This document shows positions 11,297 through 20,628 of a stretch of 64,000 bases of DNA, piece by piece. This stretch comes from Polyangiaceae bacterium (GTDB lineage: Bacteria; Myxococcota_A; Polyangia; Polyangiales; Polyangiaceae). The position numbers and the translations under genes are program-made. The notes below the pieces were generated by a model that was given only the letters and a program-made list of their open reading frames with translations, ran no database searches and was not told where the DNA came from. The stretch lies in contig CBDCTZ010000012.1 in the NCBI GenBank assembly GCA_965222375.1, positions 256,001-320,000 on the forward strand, in the 5' to 3' direction. Position 1 is the first letter of the stretch, and each line of letters begins with the position of its first letter.

Positions 11297-13021
11297 TCAG
11301 GTTGGAGCGGCTACCGGCAGGGGACTCGTGCGCTCCGGTGGCAGGTGCTCTCGCAGATCCGCGAGTAGCTCGTCTCGCAAGCCTTTGGAGTCGGGATCGT
11401 GAAAGCGGTTGTTCCACTGCTGAGGATCCGCGGCCAGATCGTACAGCTCGCCTTCGCTACCGCCGTAGCGCGGGATCTCGCAACCCCGACCCCAAATCGA
11501 CCAATAAAACGGAAACTGGCCGCCTAGGCCTCGGGTGGACGGCAGGTAGCGCGTGCACAACTTGTCGTCGCGGAAAATGGTGTGCAGATGCATGCCCACC
11601 GGCGCGAACTGGCTGTCGAACGTGGTGATCACGCGCTCGCAACCGGAGCCCGGCGCGGTGGGCAGTGGGCTGCCCTGCATGCTGCTCGGAACCTCGAGCC
11701 CGGCCACTTGCGCGAAGGTCGGCGCCAAGTCGACATGACCGACCGGCTCCGGCACATCGGCGGCAGGGATACCGGTGGAGGGAGCGGGGCGCCACATCAG
11801 CGGAATGTGCAGCAGCGATGTCACGTGATACGGGCCCTTGAAGAAGAGCCCGTGATCTCCTTGCAGGTCGCCGTGATCCGAGGTGTAGAAGATGTCGGTG
11901 TTGTCGTCGACACCAGCTTCGACGAGAAAGTCCAGCACGCGACCGATCGCTTCGTCGAGCAACTCGTTCTCGACGTGGATCATCGCGAGCATTTCGCGGA
12001 GGGCATCGTCGCTGAGGGAGCCAGGGCGAAACGCGGTTGGGCCGCCCTCGGGGTTCGAGAAGCGCCCTTGCCACCACCAACTCCAGTGGGCGGGTTTGGT
12101 TTCCAGAAAGGATTCGATGTCGCGGCGCGCCGGGCGACCGGGGGGTAGCTCCAGATCCCGATAGTCGATGCGTCGCTTGACCTCGTCGAAGGGTGGGTCG
12201 AAGGGGTGATGCGGATCCGGAAAGCTCATCCAACACAGCCAGCGCTCGTCGACGCTGCGTTCTTTGAGCCAAGCCAGGGTGCGATCCGCGACCCAATCCG
12301 TGTGATACAGGCCCCGGGGAATGGGGTTGTGGGCCACTTCCGGCGCGCCGGTGTCGCCGCCGCCTTTGCCCGTGAGCACCGAGGAGAACCCGCTGACGTG
12401 CTCCGGGTGCTTCCGACGAATGAAGTCCGCGTAGTGGTGGCCGCCCACGGGACCATGAGTGGCGAGCTCCAAGTGTTCGAAGCCATGCCAGCGCCCGGAG
12501 AGCCCAGTGGCCGCGACATGGTTTTCCGTGAATCGCAGCGTTGGATCCAGATGCGGGTCGAAGTGTGCCTTGCCGATGAGCGCCGTGCGGTAGCCCGCCA
12601 GCGCCAGATCTTCGGCGACGCTAGGGGCACTCTCAGGCAGCCGGATCCCGTTGGCGATGACACCGTGGCTGCGGGGATGCTGGCCGGTCAACATCGTGGA
12701 ACGGCTTGGCATGCAGACCACGTTCTGCACGTGGGCTCGCCGGTAGACGATTCCCTGCTTCCCGAGGGCGTCGAGTACCGGTGTCTTCGCGACGGTTCCG
12801 CCGTTGATGCCCAAGGCGTCGTAGCGTTGTTGATCAACGGTGATGAAGAGGATGTTGCGCGCCTGGGTCGGGGGCGATCTGCGTGTAGACGCCGGTGCAC
12901 TCTGGCCACGCCGCTGCCAGCGAGACTGAGCGCGCCGCAGGGCGAGCATGCCGCCCGTCACATGCACCAAGGCGCGAGCGCCTCGTTCCAACACCGTCAT
13001 TCGGAAAGGAGGTCCGCTCAT
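11297..13021 (-). CDS. Sulfatase (Cys-type, formylglycine-dependent family)
   Basis: NILFITVDQQR, CMPSR (CxPxR), GKAH, PDPHHP, TSDHGD; start 13021 or 13000. Confidence 0.9.
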   Translation of the reverse strand: MSGPPFRMTVLERGARALVHVTGGMLALRRAQSRWQRRGQSAPASTRRSPPTQARNILFITVDQQRYDALGINGGTVAKTPVLDALGKQGIVYRRAHVQNVVCMPSRSTMLTGQHPRSHGVIANGIRLPESAPSVAEDLALAGYRTALIGKAHFDPHLDPTLRFTENHVAATGLSGRWHGFEHLELATHGPVGGHHYADFIRRKHPEHVSGFSSVLTGKGGGDTGAPEVAHNPIPRGLYHTDWVADRTLAWLKERSVDERWLCWMSFPDPHHPFDPPFDEVKRRIDYRDLELPPGRPARRDIESFLETKPAHWSWWWQGRFSNPEGGPTAFRPGSLSDDALREMLAMIHVENELLDEAIGRVLDFLVEAGVDDNTDIFYTSDHGDLQGDHGLFFKGPYHVTSLLHIPLMWRPAPSTGIPAADVPEPVGHVDLAPTFAQVAGLEVPSSMQGSPLPTAPGSGCERVITTFDSQFAPVGMHLHTIFRDDKLCTRYLPSTRGLGGQFPFYWSIWGRGCEIPRYGGSEGELYDLAADPQQWNNRFHDPDSKGLRDELLADLREHLPPERTSPLPVAAPT

Positions 13022-13092
13022 GACCACGGCGTCAACCGGCATCCCGTCGCAACCCCGGCCGGCGCGGGGCGCCGGGCTTGGGCGCGCCGGTC

Positions 13093-13118
13093 TCCCCCGT
13101 CGGGGATTCCCCAGGGTC
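13093..13118. repeat. Dispersed 26-bp palindromic repeat, copy 1
   Basis: TCCCCCGTCGGGGATTCCCCAGGGTC, identical to 49197-49222. Confidence 0.85.
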
Positions 13119-13244
13119 GCCCGGAAGCGAAGCTGAGGACGGCGGCCGTGTTGGGCGTGCCAAGCGCGGGGGCAGCCCCAAAACCAACGGCGAATCCCGA
13201 ATTTGCTGCTCACTCCGGGTGCATTTGACCTGGGCACCACGGCG

Positions 13245-13269
13245 TAATACTTCGTACACGAAACAATTA
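13245..13269. promoter_or_regulatory. Putative MarR operator (AT-rich inverted repeat)
   Basis: TAATACTTCGT-AC-ACGAAACAATTA immediately before the MarR start. Confidence 0.55.
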
Positions 13270-13274
13270 TCGTC

Positions 13275-13790
13275 ATGGCCCGCCCTGCTACATCCGCTTC
13301 GCCCCTCGGTGCTTCGCAGCAAGAAGCGCCGGAGGATCTCGACGCCATCGTCGAAGCGATCGTATTTCTTTACACTGAGAGCCGGCGCATCACGAAAGGG
13401 CTCGCTGGGCGCCACGGTTTGACCGGACCGCAGTTGGCGGTGATCAAGATGCTCGAACCCGTCGGGAAGCTGAGCCTCTCGGAGCTGTCCTGGAAGATCA
13501 AAGCGCGCAACAGCACCGTGACCGGGATCATCGACCGCATGGAGCGCGAAGGTTGGGTCGAGCGTCAGCGTTCGGAAGAGGACCGACGTGTGGTGCACAT
13601 TGCGCTGACTGCACGCGGTCGACGGTTGGCTTCCGGGATTTCAATCGAGCCGGTCACGATTTTTCGTCGAGTGTTGTCGGAGCTGAGCGAGCGTGATGCT
13701 CGCGAGCTTCGCCGGATCTTGACGCGCTTGGCTCGCCGCGTGCGAGCGTTGGTCAACGAGCTGCCCACGGGTGGTACCGAAGGAGTCTGA
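13275..13790 (+). CDS. MarR family transcriptional regulator
   Basis: GLTGPQL, STVTGIIDRMEREGWVER, EDRRVVHIALTARG. Confidence 0.93.
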   Translation: MARPATSASPLGASQQEAPEDLDAIVEAIVFLYTESRRITKGLAGRHGLTGPQLAVIKMLEPVGKLSLSELSWKIKARNSTVTGIIDRMEREGWVERQRSEEDRRVVHIALTARGRRLASGISIEPVTIFRRVLSELSERDARELRRILTRLARRVRALVNELPTGGTEGV

Positions 13791-13794
13791 GCAT

Positions 13795-14664
13795 ATGACA
13801 ACGAGAGATCCGGACGTTTGCGTGATCACCTGCGCGCTCACTGGCGTGTTGGCCAATCGCAAGCAATGCCCAGGTATCCCCTACACGCCCGAGGAGATCG
13901 GTGAAGAAGCCCGCCGTGCCTACGAGGCCGGCGCGTCGGTGACGCATATCCACGCTCGCAACGACGACGGTACGCCCACCTTTTCGCCCGCGGTCTTCGC
14001 TCGCATCAAAGAAGAGGTGCGTAAGCGCTCCCCAATCATCTTGAACTACTCCACGGGCACGATGCTCGACGATGTCAGCGAGCAGTGCACATACATCCGT
14101 GAGTCACAGCCTGAAATTGCCGCCCTGAACATGGGCACGATGAACTATTCGAAGTACAGCAAGAAGCGCAAAGAGTTTGTCTTCGATATGGTGTTCCCGA
14201 ATACCTACGAGAAGATCATCAAGCTGCTCTCTGCAATGAACGAAGCTGGCGTGAAGCCAGAGTTGGAATGTTTCGACTCCGGGCATACTCACGGCGTGTG
14301 GCCGTTGGTGGAGATGGGCGTGCTCAAGCCTCCGCTGCAGTACTCTTTCATCGTGAACGTCCTGGGCGGGATCCCGCCTTTGGTGGAGAGCCTGCAGCTG
14401 CAGAGCAAGATCACCGTGCCAGGTAGCGAGTGGGAAGTGATCGCCATCAGCCACGGCCATTGGCGCATGTTGGGGACGGGACTGGTCCTTGGAGGCAACA
14501 TCCGCACGGGACTGGAGGATCATCTCTATCTACCCAATGGGGAGATGGCGAAGTCCAACGGCGACATGGTCGAAGTGGCGGCACGCATGTGCAACGACAT
14601 GGGGCGCCGTCCGGCGACCGTGGAGGAAGCGTGGCAGATCTTGAGTTTGCCCGAGGCCAGTTGA
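13795..14664 (+). CDS. kce: 3-keto-5-aminohexanoate cleavage enzyme family (BKACE/DUF849)
   Basis: ITCALTG, AGASVTHIHAR, ALNMGTMNY, KPELECFD, GGNIRTGLED. Confidence 0.9.
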   Translation: MTTRDPDVCVITCALTGVLANRKQCPGIPYTPEEIGEEARRAYEAGASVTHIHARNDDGTPTFSPAVFARIKEEVRKRSPIILNYSTGTMLDDVSEQCTYIRESQPEIAALNMGTMNYSKYSKKRKEFVFDMVFPNTYEKIIKLLSAMNEAGVKPELECFDSGHTHGVWPLVEMGVLKPPLQYSFIVNVLGGIPPLVESLQLQSKITVPGSEWEVIAISHGHWRMLGTGLVLGGNIRTGLEDHLYLPNGEMAKSNGDMVEVAARMCNDMGRRPATVEEAWQILSLPEAS

Positions 14665-15635
14665 TGCGGCTGCTGCCGGTCATCTGCCTCGGCTTGGGCG
14701 TGGTCGCCCTGGGCTGCTCCGACGACTCCTCGGGCTTGCCCGCCGCACCCGTATTCGATGCGGGCAGCGACGTCGGCACGGACGCCCCGGTTTCGGGGGA
14801 TGCCAGCCTCGATGCCAAATCCGACACCGGCGGCGGCGATGCAGCGATTGAAGCCGGTGGCGCGAGCCTCTCGATGATGAGCTGGAACATCGAGAACTAC
14901 CCTCTGAGTGCCAGCACCGCCGGCAGCGTCGCAGCCATCGTGGCTCAGCAGGCGCCCGATCTGATCGCTGTACAAGAAATCGCGGACGCCAGCGCCTTCG
15001 GTGCCTTGGCTCCCAAGCTGCCCGCCGGCTACGAAATCGTCCTGAACGATGACCCGGGTGGCTTCCTGCGCGTGGGCCTGGTCACTCAATCCCAGCGAGT
15101 GAGCGTGAGTGAAGTCGAAACCCTGTTTCAGAGTGACGGCTACGCCTTCCCACGGCCGCCGCTGAAGGCGCGGGTCGTGGCGCATGGTGTGGGCAGCGGA
15201 AGTTTCGACTTCGTCGTCGTCGTGGTCCATCTCAAGGCCCAGCTCAATCAGGCCAGTCAAGACCGACGAAGGGATGCCTGCGTCAAGTTAGATGCTTGGC
15301 TCAGTGCGGAAATGGCGAAGGGCGGCGAGCAAGACTACGTAGTGATCGGTGACTTCAACGATGAACTCGACGATCCTCCCCAGTGGAATGTATTCAGCCC
15401 ACTGCTCAGCAAGACGAGCAGCTACACCTTTTTGACCAACGACGAAGTGAAGGCGGGCAAGCATACCTATCTGCCGTTCCAGAGCTTTCTGGATCACGTC
15501 CTCGTGACCTCCGACACCTTGGTCGAATACGGCGCGGGCACCACCCACGTGGTGGAGCTGGAAAAGACTGTTGCCGACTACGAAAACTCGGTTTCCGATC
15601 ATCGTCCCGTGCTGTCAGTGTTCGCGAGCCCCTGA
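14664..15635 (+). CDS. Endonuclease/exonuclease/phosphatase (EEP) family lipoprotein
   Basis: Lipobox ALGC; SWNIENY, DLIAVQEI, VHLKA, IGDFND, LDHVLV, SDHRPV. Confidence 0.9.
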   Translation: MRLLPVICLGLGVVALGCSDDSSGLPAAPVFDAGSDVGTDAPVSGDASLDAKSDTGGGDAAIEAGGASLSMMSWNIENYPLSASTAGSVAAIVAQQAPDLIAVQEIADASAFGALAPKLPAGYEIVLNDDPGGFLRVGLVTQSQRVSVSEVETLFQSDGYAFPRPPLKARVVAHGVGSGSFDFVVVVVHLKAQLNQASQDRRRDACVKLDAWLSAEMAKGGEQDYVVIGDFNDELDDPPQWNVFSPLLSKTSSYTFLTNDEVKAGKHTYLPFQSFLDHVLVTSDTLVEYGAGTTHVVELEKTVADYENSVSDHRPVLSVFASP

Positions 15636-15662
15636 GCGTACGTGCTTTTCCAAGAGGACCCG

Positions 15663-16448
15663 ATGCAACAACGCCCCTATGCGACGATCGTCACCGCCGT
15701 GGACGCCAGTGTACTCACGGTGACTTTGAACCGACCCGAAAAGCGCAACGCCATCGGCACCCAGATGGTGAACGAGCTCCTGTACGCCCTGGAGGACGCC
15801 GAGGCCGACGCGGCGGTCAGGGTAGTGGTCGTCACCGGGGCCGGGAAGGCTTTCTGCGCAGGCGGAGACTTCTCCCAATTCGCTGGAGGCAGCGACGATT
15901 CTGCATTGCCACCCAAGGGCGACTATCGAGATCTGCTGGGGCGCTTGTGGCGCAGCAAGCTGCCCGTGATCGCTCGGGTGAACGGGCACGCCATGGGTGG
16001 TGGGCTCGGGTTGGTGGCCGCGTGCACCTTCGCCATTGCGAGCACGGACGCGAAGCTCGGGACCCCGGAAGTCAACGTAGGCCTGTTCCCCTTCATGATC
16101 GCCGCGGTGCTGGAGCGCGTGATGGGGCGGCGTGCGCTCTACAAGATGATGCTCTTCGGTGAGCGTTACGACGGAGCCAAAGCGGCCGAGCTAGGCTTGG
16201 TCAACGAAGCTGTATCAGCGGACGAGCTGGACGCTGCGGTCAAGCGCTACACCGGCGCGGTGCTGTCGAAGAGCCCACTGACGCTGCGCCTGGGTTTGAC
16301 GGCCATGGCGGACACCGAGGAGATGTCTCTGGATGAGAAGCTTCCGATCTTGGCAGAGCGCCTGACTGAAGCGATTGGAACCGACGACGCTCGAGAGGGG
16401 CTCTCCGCCTTCTTCGAAAAACGCAAGCCGAACTGGATCGGCAAGTAG
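15663..16448 (+). CDS. Enoyl-CoA hydratase/isomerase family protein
   Basis: LNRPEKRNA, FCAGGD, VNGHAMGGG, PEVNVGL; start 15663 or 15642. Confidence 0.92.
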   Translation: MQQRPYATIVTAVDASVLTVTLNRPEKRNAIGTQMVNELLYALEDAEADAAVRVVVVTGAGKAFCAGGDFSQFAGGSDDSALPPKGDYRDLLGRLWRSKLPVIARVNGHAMGGGLGLVAACTFAIASTDAKLGTPEVNVGLFPFMIAAVLERVMGRRALYKMMLFGERYDGAKAAELGLVNEAVSADELDAAVKRYTGAVLSKSPLTLRLGLTAMADTEEMSLDEKLPILAERLTEAIGTDDAREGLSAFFEKRKPNWIGK

Positions 16449-16455
16449 ACCTCGT

Positions 16456-16505
16456 TTGGGTTGGGGTCGCGGCGCCGTGCCGTCGCTGGGGCACTACTCT
16501 CGCGC
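16456..16505. repeat. Dispersed intergenic repeat family B, copy 1
   Basis: TTGGGTTGGGGTCGCG..CGTCGCTGGGGCACTACTCTCGCGC resembles 49029-49077. Confidence 0.6.
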
Positions 16506-16548
16506 TGGCCCCTGCGGGTGCATTGGCGTCGAGCAACGTCAGTGGTGG

Positions 16549-17598
16549 CTAGTTCGTCGAGGCGGGCATCGTGATGCGCCGGTTCTTGCAGGAGGACGTG
16601 GCGGGCCATTCGTCGAATTGGATCGCCAAGGTCGGGTAAGCGGCGCTCGACCAGAAACTGCTCCAGGGCACCGAACTCTTGGAACAACCCGTGCCTGCGG
16701 CGCCGCATTCGCAGGTCCCGGCACCAGCGTGCACTTTGGACACCTGAAAGTGCAGATGCACGCCCGTGGACCAGCCCGTGGTCCCCGCCTTGGCCAAGGC
16801 TTGGCCTTGGCTGACGGAGCCACCGCAGGTCACGCCGGATGCCAGGGTCATGCCGCCCAGGTGCAAGTAGGTGGCGTGGGTGCCGTCGCCATGGTCGATC
16901 ACGATCAGATTTGCGTCGTTGACACAGGAACTCGAGCCGCAACCAGAGGTGGAGTTGATTTTCAGGTGGGTCACGGTGCCGCCGCGGGCCGCGACGACGG
17001 TGAAGGCGCTTCCGTTGGCAAAGTCCCAAGCGTAGCCCGCGTCGCCAACGTGGTCGTTGCAGCAGGAGTCGTTGCAATCTTGAGTCAGCTGCATGCTCAC
17101 GCCGGACTTCCACGGCAGCTTGTAGCCGTCGGGCGAGGTGACGGTCTTGCAGTGATCTGCCACGCCCGGAGCCTCGACGACGCAGCCGTTCGGGCAGGGG
17201 ATCGAGCTGACGGGCGGCTTGTTTGCGCCGGCGCATTGGTACAGCACGTTGGGATCGGCGTCCTTCATGTCGCCACCGCCGCAATAGGCACCGGACTGGG
17301 AGCCGAGGCAGATCGGATTGAAGCTACCGCCCCCAATGCCTCCGGTGTTGCCGCCTCCGGTGCCGGCGCTGCCGCCCGTGGATGTGCTGCCGGAAGCTCC
17401 TGCAGCTCCACTGCGACCCGCTGCGCCCGCAGTGCTCCCGCCGGTGCCAGGGAAACCACCGCCGGGGGTCACCCCACCGCTGCCGGCGCCGCCGCCAGAG
17501 TTCGCGCCGCCGGTTTCTCCCGCGATCCCGCCGTTGTCATCGCTGCTGCAACCCAGGACGAGACAACACGCTGCTAGTGCAAGGGCGGGGATCTTCAT
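16549..17598 (-). CDS. M23 family peptidase lipoprotein with Gly-rich linker and Cys-rich module
   Basis: Lipobox VLGC; H..YAWDF, VVAARGGTV, YLHL, AGTTGWSTGVHLHF. Confidence 0.88.
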   Translation of the reverse strand: MKIPALALAACCLVLGCSSDDNGGIAGETGGANSGGGAGSGGVTPGGGFPGTGGSTAGAAGRSGAAGASGSTSTGGSAGTGGGNTGGIGGGSFNPICLGSQSGAYCGGGDMKDADPNVLYQCAGANKPPVSSIPCPNGCVVEAPGVADHCKTVTSPDGYKLPWKSGVSMQLTQDCNDSCCNDHVGDAGYAWDFANGSAFTVVAARGGTVTHLKINSTSGCGSSSCVNDANLIVIDHGDGTHATYLHLGGMTLASGVTCGGSVSQGQALAKAGTTGWSTGVHLHFQVSKVHAGAGTCECGAAGTGCSKSSVPWSSFWSSAAYPTLAIQFDEWPATSSCKNRRITMPASTN

Positions 17599-17688
17599 CG
17601 CGGCTTCAGGATGACGCAAAGGCCATTGGGGGCGCAACCAGACAGGAAGGAAGCGCACGGCCGGGTCGCGATTTGCTACGCTCCCGCT

Positions 17689-18039
17689 GTGAAGATCTTC
17701 CACTATCCGAATTGCAGCACCTGCAAGCAGGCACTCAAGTGGCTGGATGCACGCGGGATCCACCACGAGCGCGCACACATCGTTGAAGCTCCGCCGAGTG
17801 TTTCGCAGTTGAAGCGCGCGCAGAAGCTGAGTGGCTTGCCTCTGAGGAAGCTATTCAACACCGCCGGGCAGGCGTATCGAAGCGGCGGCTACAAAGAAAA
17901 GCTCGCGCGGATGAGCGATGCCGAGGCCCTGGTGGCGCTTTCCGCAGACGGCATGCTGATCAAGCGCCCGCTACTTCTGGGCAAAGACGTCGCGCTGGTG
18001 GGCTTCAAGGAAGCACGTTGGAGCGAGGCGCTGGGTTGA
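17689..18039 (+). CDS. ArsC/Spx/YffB family protein
   Basis: YPNCSTCKQALKWL, LFNTAGQAYR, GMLIKRPLL. Confidence 0.9.
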   Translation: MKIFHYPNCSTCKQALKWLDARGIHHERAHIVEAPPSVSQLKRAQKLSGLPLRKLFNTAGQAYRSGGYKEKLARMSDAEALVALSADGMLIKRPLLLGKDVALVGFKEARWSEALG

Positions 18040-18108
18040 GGGCGTTTGGGTCCAACCTCGGCCTGCTGGCATTCACTGGAAAACCGTCATGGGGAGAAGG
18101 CTAGCGCC

Positions 18109-18546
18109 GTGAGTGTCGACGTCATCAGTGAAGTCGAGATCCGGCGCCCACGCAGCGAGGTGGCTGCCTTTGCGTCGGACCCTGACAACGTGCCCAAGTG
18201 GTACGTGAACATCACGTCTGTGGAGTGGAAGACCGAGCCACCCATCGGCATCGGTTCCCAGATCGCGTTCGTGGCCCGTTTCTTAGGTAAGCGACTTGAG
18301 TACACCTACGAGGTGATCGAGTGGGTGCCCGATGAGCGCTTGGTGATGCGCACCGCGCAAGGGCCGTTCCCGATGGAAACGACCTACGCCTGGCAAGACG
18401 TGGCCGACCGAGGCACTCGCATGACGTTGCGAAATCGCGGCGTGCCCAAGGGCTTTTCGAGCCTAATGGCGCCACTGATGGCGCGGGCCGTGCGCAAAGC
18501 CAACGTGAAGGACCTAGCCGCGTTGAAGGAGCTGCTGGAAGCGTGA
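18109..18546 (+). CDS. SRPBCC (polyketide cyclase-like) family protein
   Basis: EIRRPRSEVAAFASDPDNVPKWY, GPFPMETTY, DLAALKELLE. Confidence 0.88.
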   Translation: MSVDVISEVEIRRPRSEVAAFASDPDNVPKWYVNITSVEWKTEPPIGIGSQIAFVARFLGKRLEYTYEVIEWVPDERLVMRTAQGPFPMETTYAWQDVADRGTRMTLRNRGVPKGFSSLMAPLMARAVRKANVKDLAALKELLEA

Positions 18547-18639
18547 GCGGCGCGGAGCCTGCGGTTCGCCGAGCGACGCGGCAAATGGCCAAGAGCCCGA
18601 ACTCAGAAATGCCCGGGGTCTTGGCATTTGGGGGGCTGC

Positions 18640-19806
18640 CTATGGAACTAGGTAGTCGATCACGATCTGGAGATTGCCGACGGAAAAGACCGCCGAATCG
18701 TGAACGCCGTCGAAGTCGCTGATCTTGTCGAACTCCAGGCGGTATTGGGAACGATTGTTGCGTGCCACACGGTTCTTGTAGTCGTTGTCGATCTCCGTGG
18801 TCACGCTGATGTTCTTCACTCCGAGCGTAGAGCTCGTCACGGCCGTCGGCGACGTGCTCATGGCAGTGGCGTTGAACGCCTCGAGGTTGATTGCGGAGAA
18901 GATCACGTGCTTGGTTCGGATCGACCCCAAGTTGGCAGCGCCGTACGGGGTGCCATTGATGTTGCTCTGGTCTGCACGGATCGTGGCGTAGTTGAACTTC
19001 GTGATGTTGGCCGGCAACGACGTGATGCTGAAGCTAGCGAAACCCTTGTACTGGGCGTTTGCCGCCGTACCGCTATCGCCGACGACGATCGAGGCAGTGG
19101 TGGAGATGCCATCTGCGCGGAAGGAACCGGTCAAGGGCGCCCAGTCCGCGAGCGTCTGAGTGATGTGACGCAGAGTGCTGAAGCTCGAGTTGGTCGTCGC
19201 CGCGAGCGGGTTGCCGGCGACGTCCGTCGCCGTCGTCGTGATGCTGAAGGTATAGACCTTGGGCTTGACGATGATGGGGCTCTTGCCAGCGCTGTAACTC
19301 AGGTTGCTGTTCGGGTTCACCGTGAGCACGGTCCCGCCGCCGCTCCAGGTCATCACGGTGGCAGCGCCCGGAATACTCGCTGACTGATACGCCGCTTGGG
19401 TAGCTGCTTGGTTCATGGGCTCACTGAAGGTGATCACGATGTTTGTCGAGCTCAGTACGCCCGTCGCGCCTTTTGCGGGGGAAAGAGACACGATTGTGGG
19501 TGGCGTGGTGTCGCCACCGCTACCACCCGAGCCGGCGCTGCCGCTCGAACCTGCGCTGCCAGCGGAACCGGCACTGCCGCCTGCACCGGAGCTTCCACTT
19601 GCGCCTCCACCGCTCGCGCCAGCGGTTCCGCCCGTAGCGCCGGCGCCGCCGGTCGCACCGACGCCGCCTGTCGCCCCAACTCCTCCTGTCGCTGCGGTGC
19701 CGCCAGTTCCCCCGGTCACGGATCCATCGTCGGAGCCGCAGCTAGTTGCAGCGAAAAACAACGCCGAAGCGCCCAGCAACACCTGGAGTCTGGTTGTGTA
19801 AGTCAT
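18640..19806 (-). CDS. Lipoprotein with Gly-rich linker and bacterial Ig-like (Big_5) domain
   Basis: Lipobox-like ATSC; DTTPPTIVSLSP..IVITFSEPMN..ATDVAGNPL. Confidence 0.85.
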   Translation of the reverse strand: MTYTTRLQVLLGASALFFAATSCGSDDGSVTGGTGGTAATGGVGATGGVGATGGAGATGGTAGASGGGASGSSGAGGSAGSAGSAGSSGSAGSGGSGGDTTPPTIVSLSPAKGATGVLSSTNIVITFSEPMNQAATQAAYQSASIPGAATVMTWSGGGTVLTVNPNSNLSYSAGKSPIIVKPKVYTFSITTTATDVAGNPLAATTNSSFSTLRHITQTLADWAPLTGSFRADGISTTASIVVGDSGTAANAQYKGFASFSITSLPANITKFNYATIRADQSNINGTPYGAANLGSIRTKHVIFSAINLEAFNATAMSTSPTAVTSSTLGVKNISVTTEIDNDYKNRVARNNRSQYRLEFDKISDFDGVHDSAVFSVGNLQIVIDYLVP

Positions 19807-19880
19807 CGCTCACTCCCTTCGGTTGATGTTGAAAGAACAGGGCGGGGTGCCGCGTCAGGGGCGCGGCGACTTGAAATTCG

Positions 19881-19896
19881 TGCAAAAGCAAGGCCG
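19881..19896 (-). promoter_or_regulatory. Possible sigma54 promoter
   Basis: Minus strand CGGCCTTGCTTTTGCA (GG-N10-GC), about 75 nt upstream of ATG 19806. Confidence 0.4.
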
Positions 19897-20291
19897 CAAC
19901 GCCGGAAGCTGATGACCTAGATCAACGCTCCGCGATTCTGCGCAGGGCCTGCGCTTGTTGCCATCATCAGGACAAATCGAGCGGGGCTCCCAGCGGCCGT
20001 TTCGCCGGCGCTCTTCGCGTGCGCCCGGCTCGAAGGTGACGTGTATGGCGTGTCGACTTGCCGTGAGTTGAGCGGGTGGCGAGCGAAATCGTGTTCGCAA
20101 TTTGTGCGTGGGTGTGCTGCGGTGTTTTGTCGCAGGACGAATCGTGCGGCGGTGCTGGTGCGCTGCGCGTGGTGGGGATAGCGTGCAGCGAATGCCGACG
20201 CGTTTCTGCCGCGCGCACCGCCTGCGCACACGTGAATAAATGTCACGTCACCTCGCGTTGTAGAGCGACAATTCTTACCTAGGGATTGTTC

Positions 20292-20628
20292 ATGCGACGC
20301 ATCATGGCTCTGGTGTTGGTCGCGCTGGCGGGCACGCTCGCGGTTGCTTGCTCAGCAGCGACTCGGACAAGAATCGCAAGCGGTGAGAACATCGAGAGCT
20401 TCGACTCGAGCAAGGGCGTCTGGGTCGAGTGTCGTACTGACCGGACAGCAACAAAGCGTCGCGCAGGCGTGTGGCGGAACGAACCCCACCAGCGACCGTG
20501 AAATCATTGGAGGCGGGCCAGGTTCGACTCCGTGCAAGACAACCACCGAATGCTCTGGGGGTTGGATCTGCTGTCCGTGCATCGGATACTGTGTGTCGGA
20601 TGTACCGGACGCTTGCCCGCAGCCTTGA
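20292..20628 (+). pseudogene. Frameshifted small Cys-rich lipoprotein
   Basis: SD AGGGA plus MRRIMALVLVALAGTLAVAC in one frame; Cys-rich end (PCKTTTECSGGWICCPCIGYCVSDVPDAC) in another frame; switch near 20430. Confidence 0.6.

Noticed and set aside
19900..20280. ncRNA or small genes in the long intergenic region
   Set aside because: The ORFs look non-protein-like and I recognised no RNA motif; probably a divergent promoter region.
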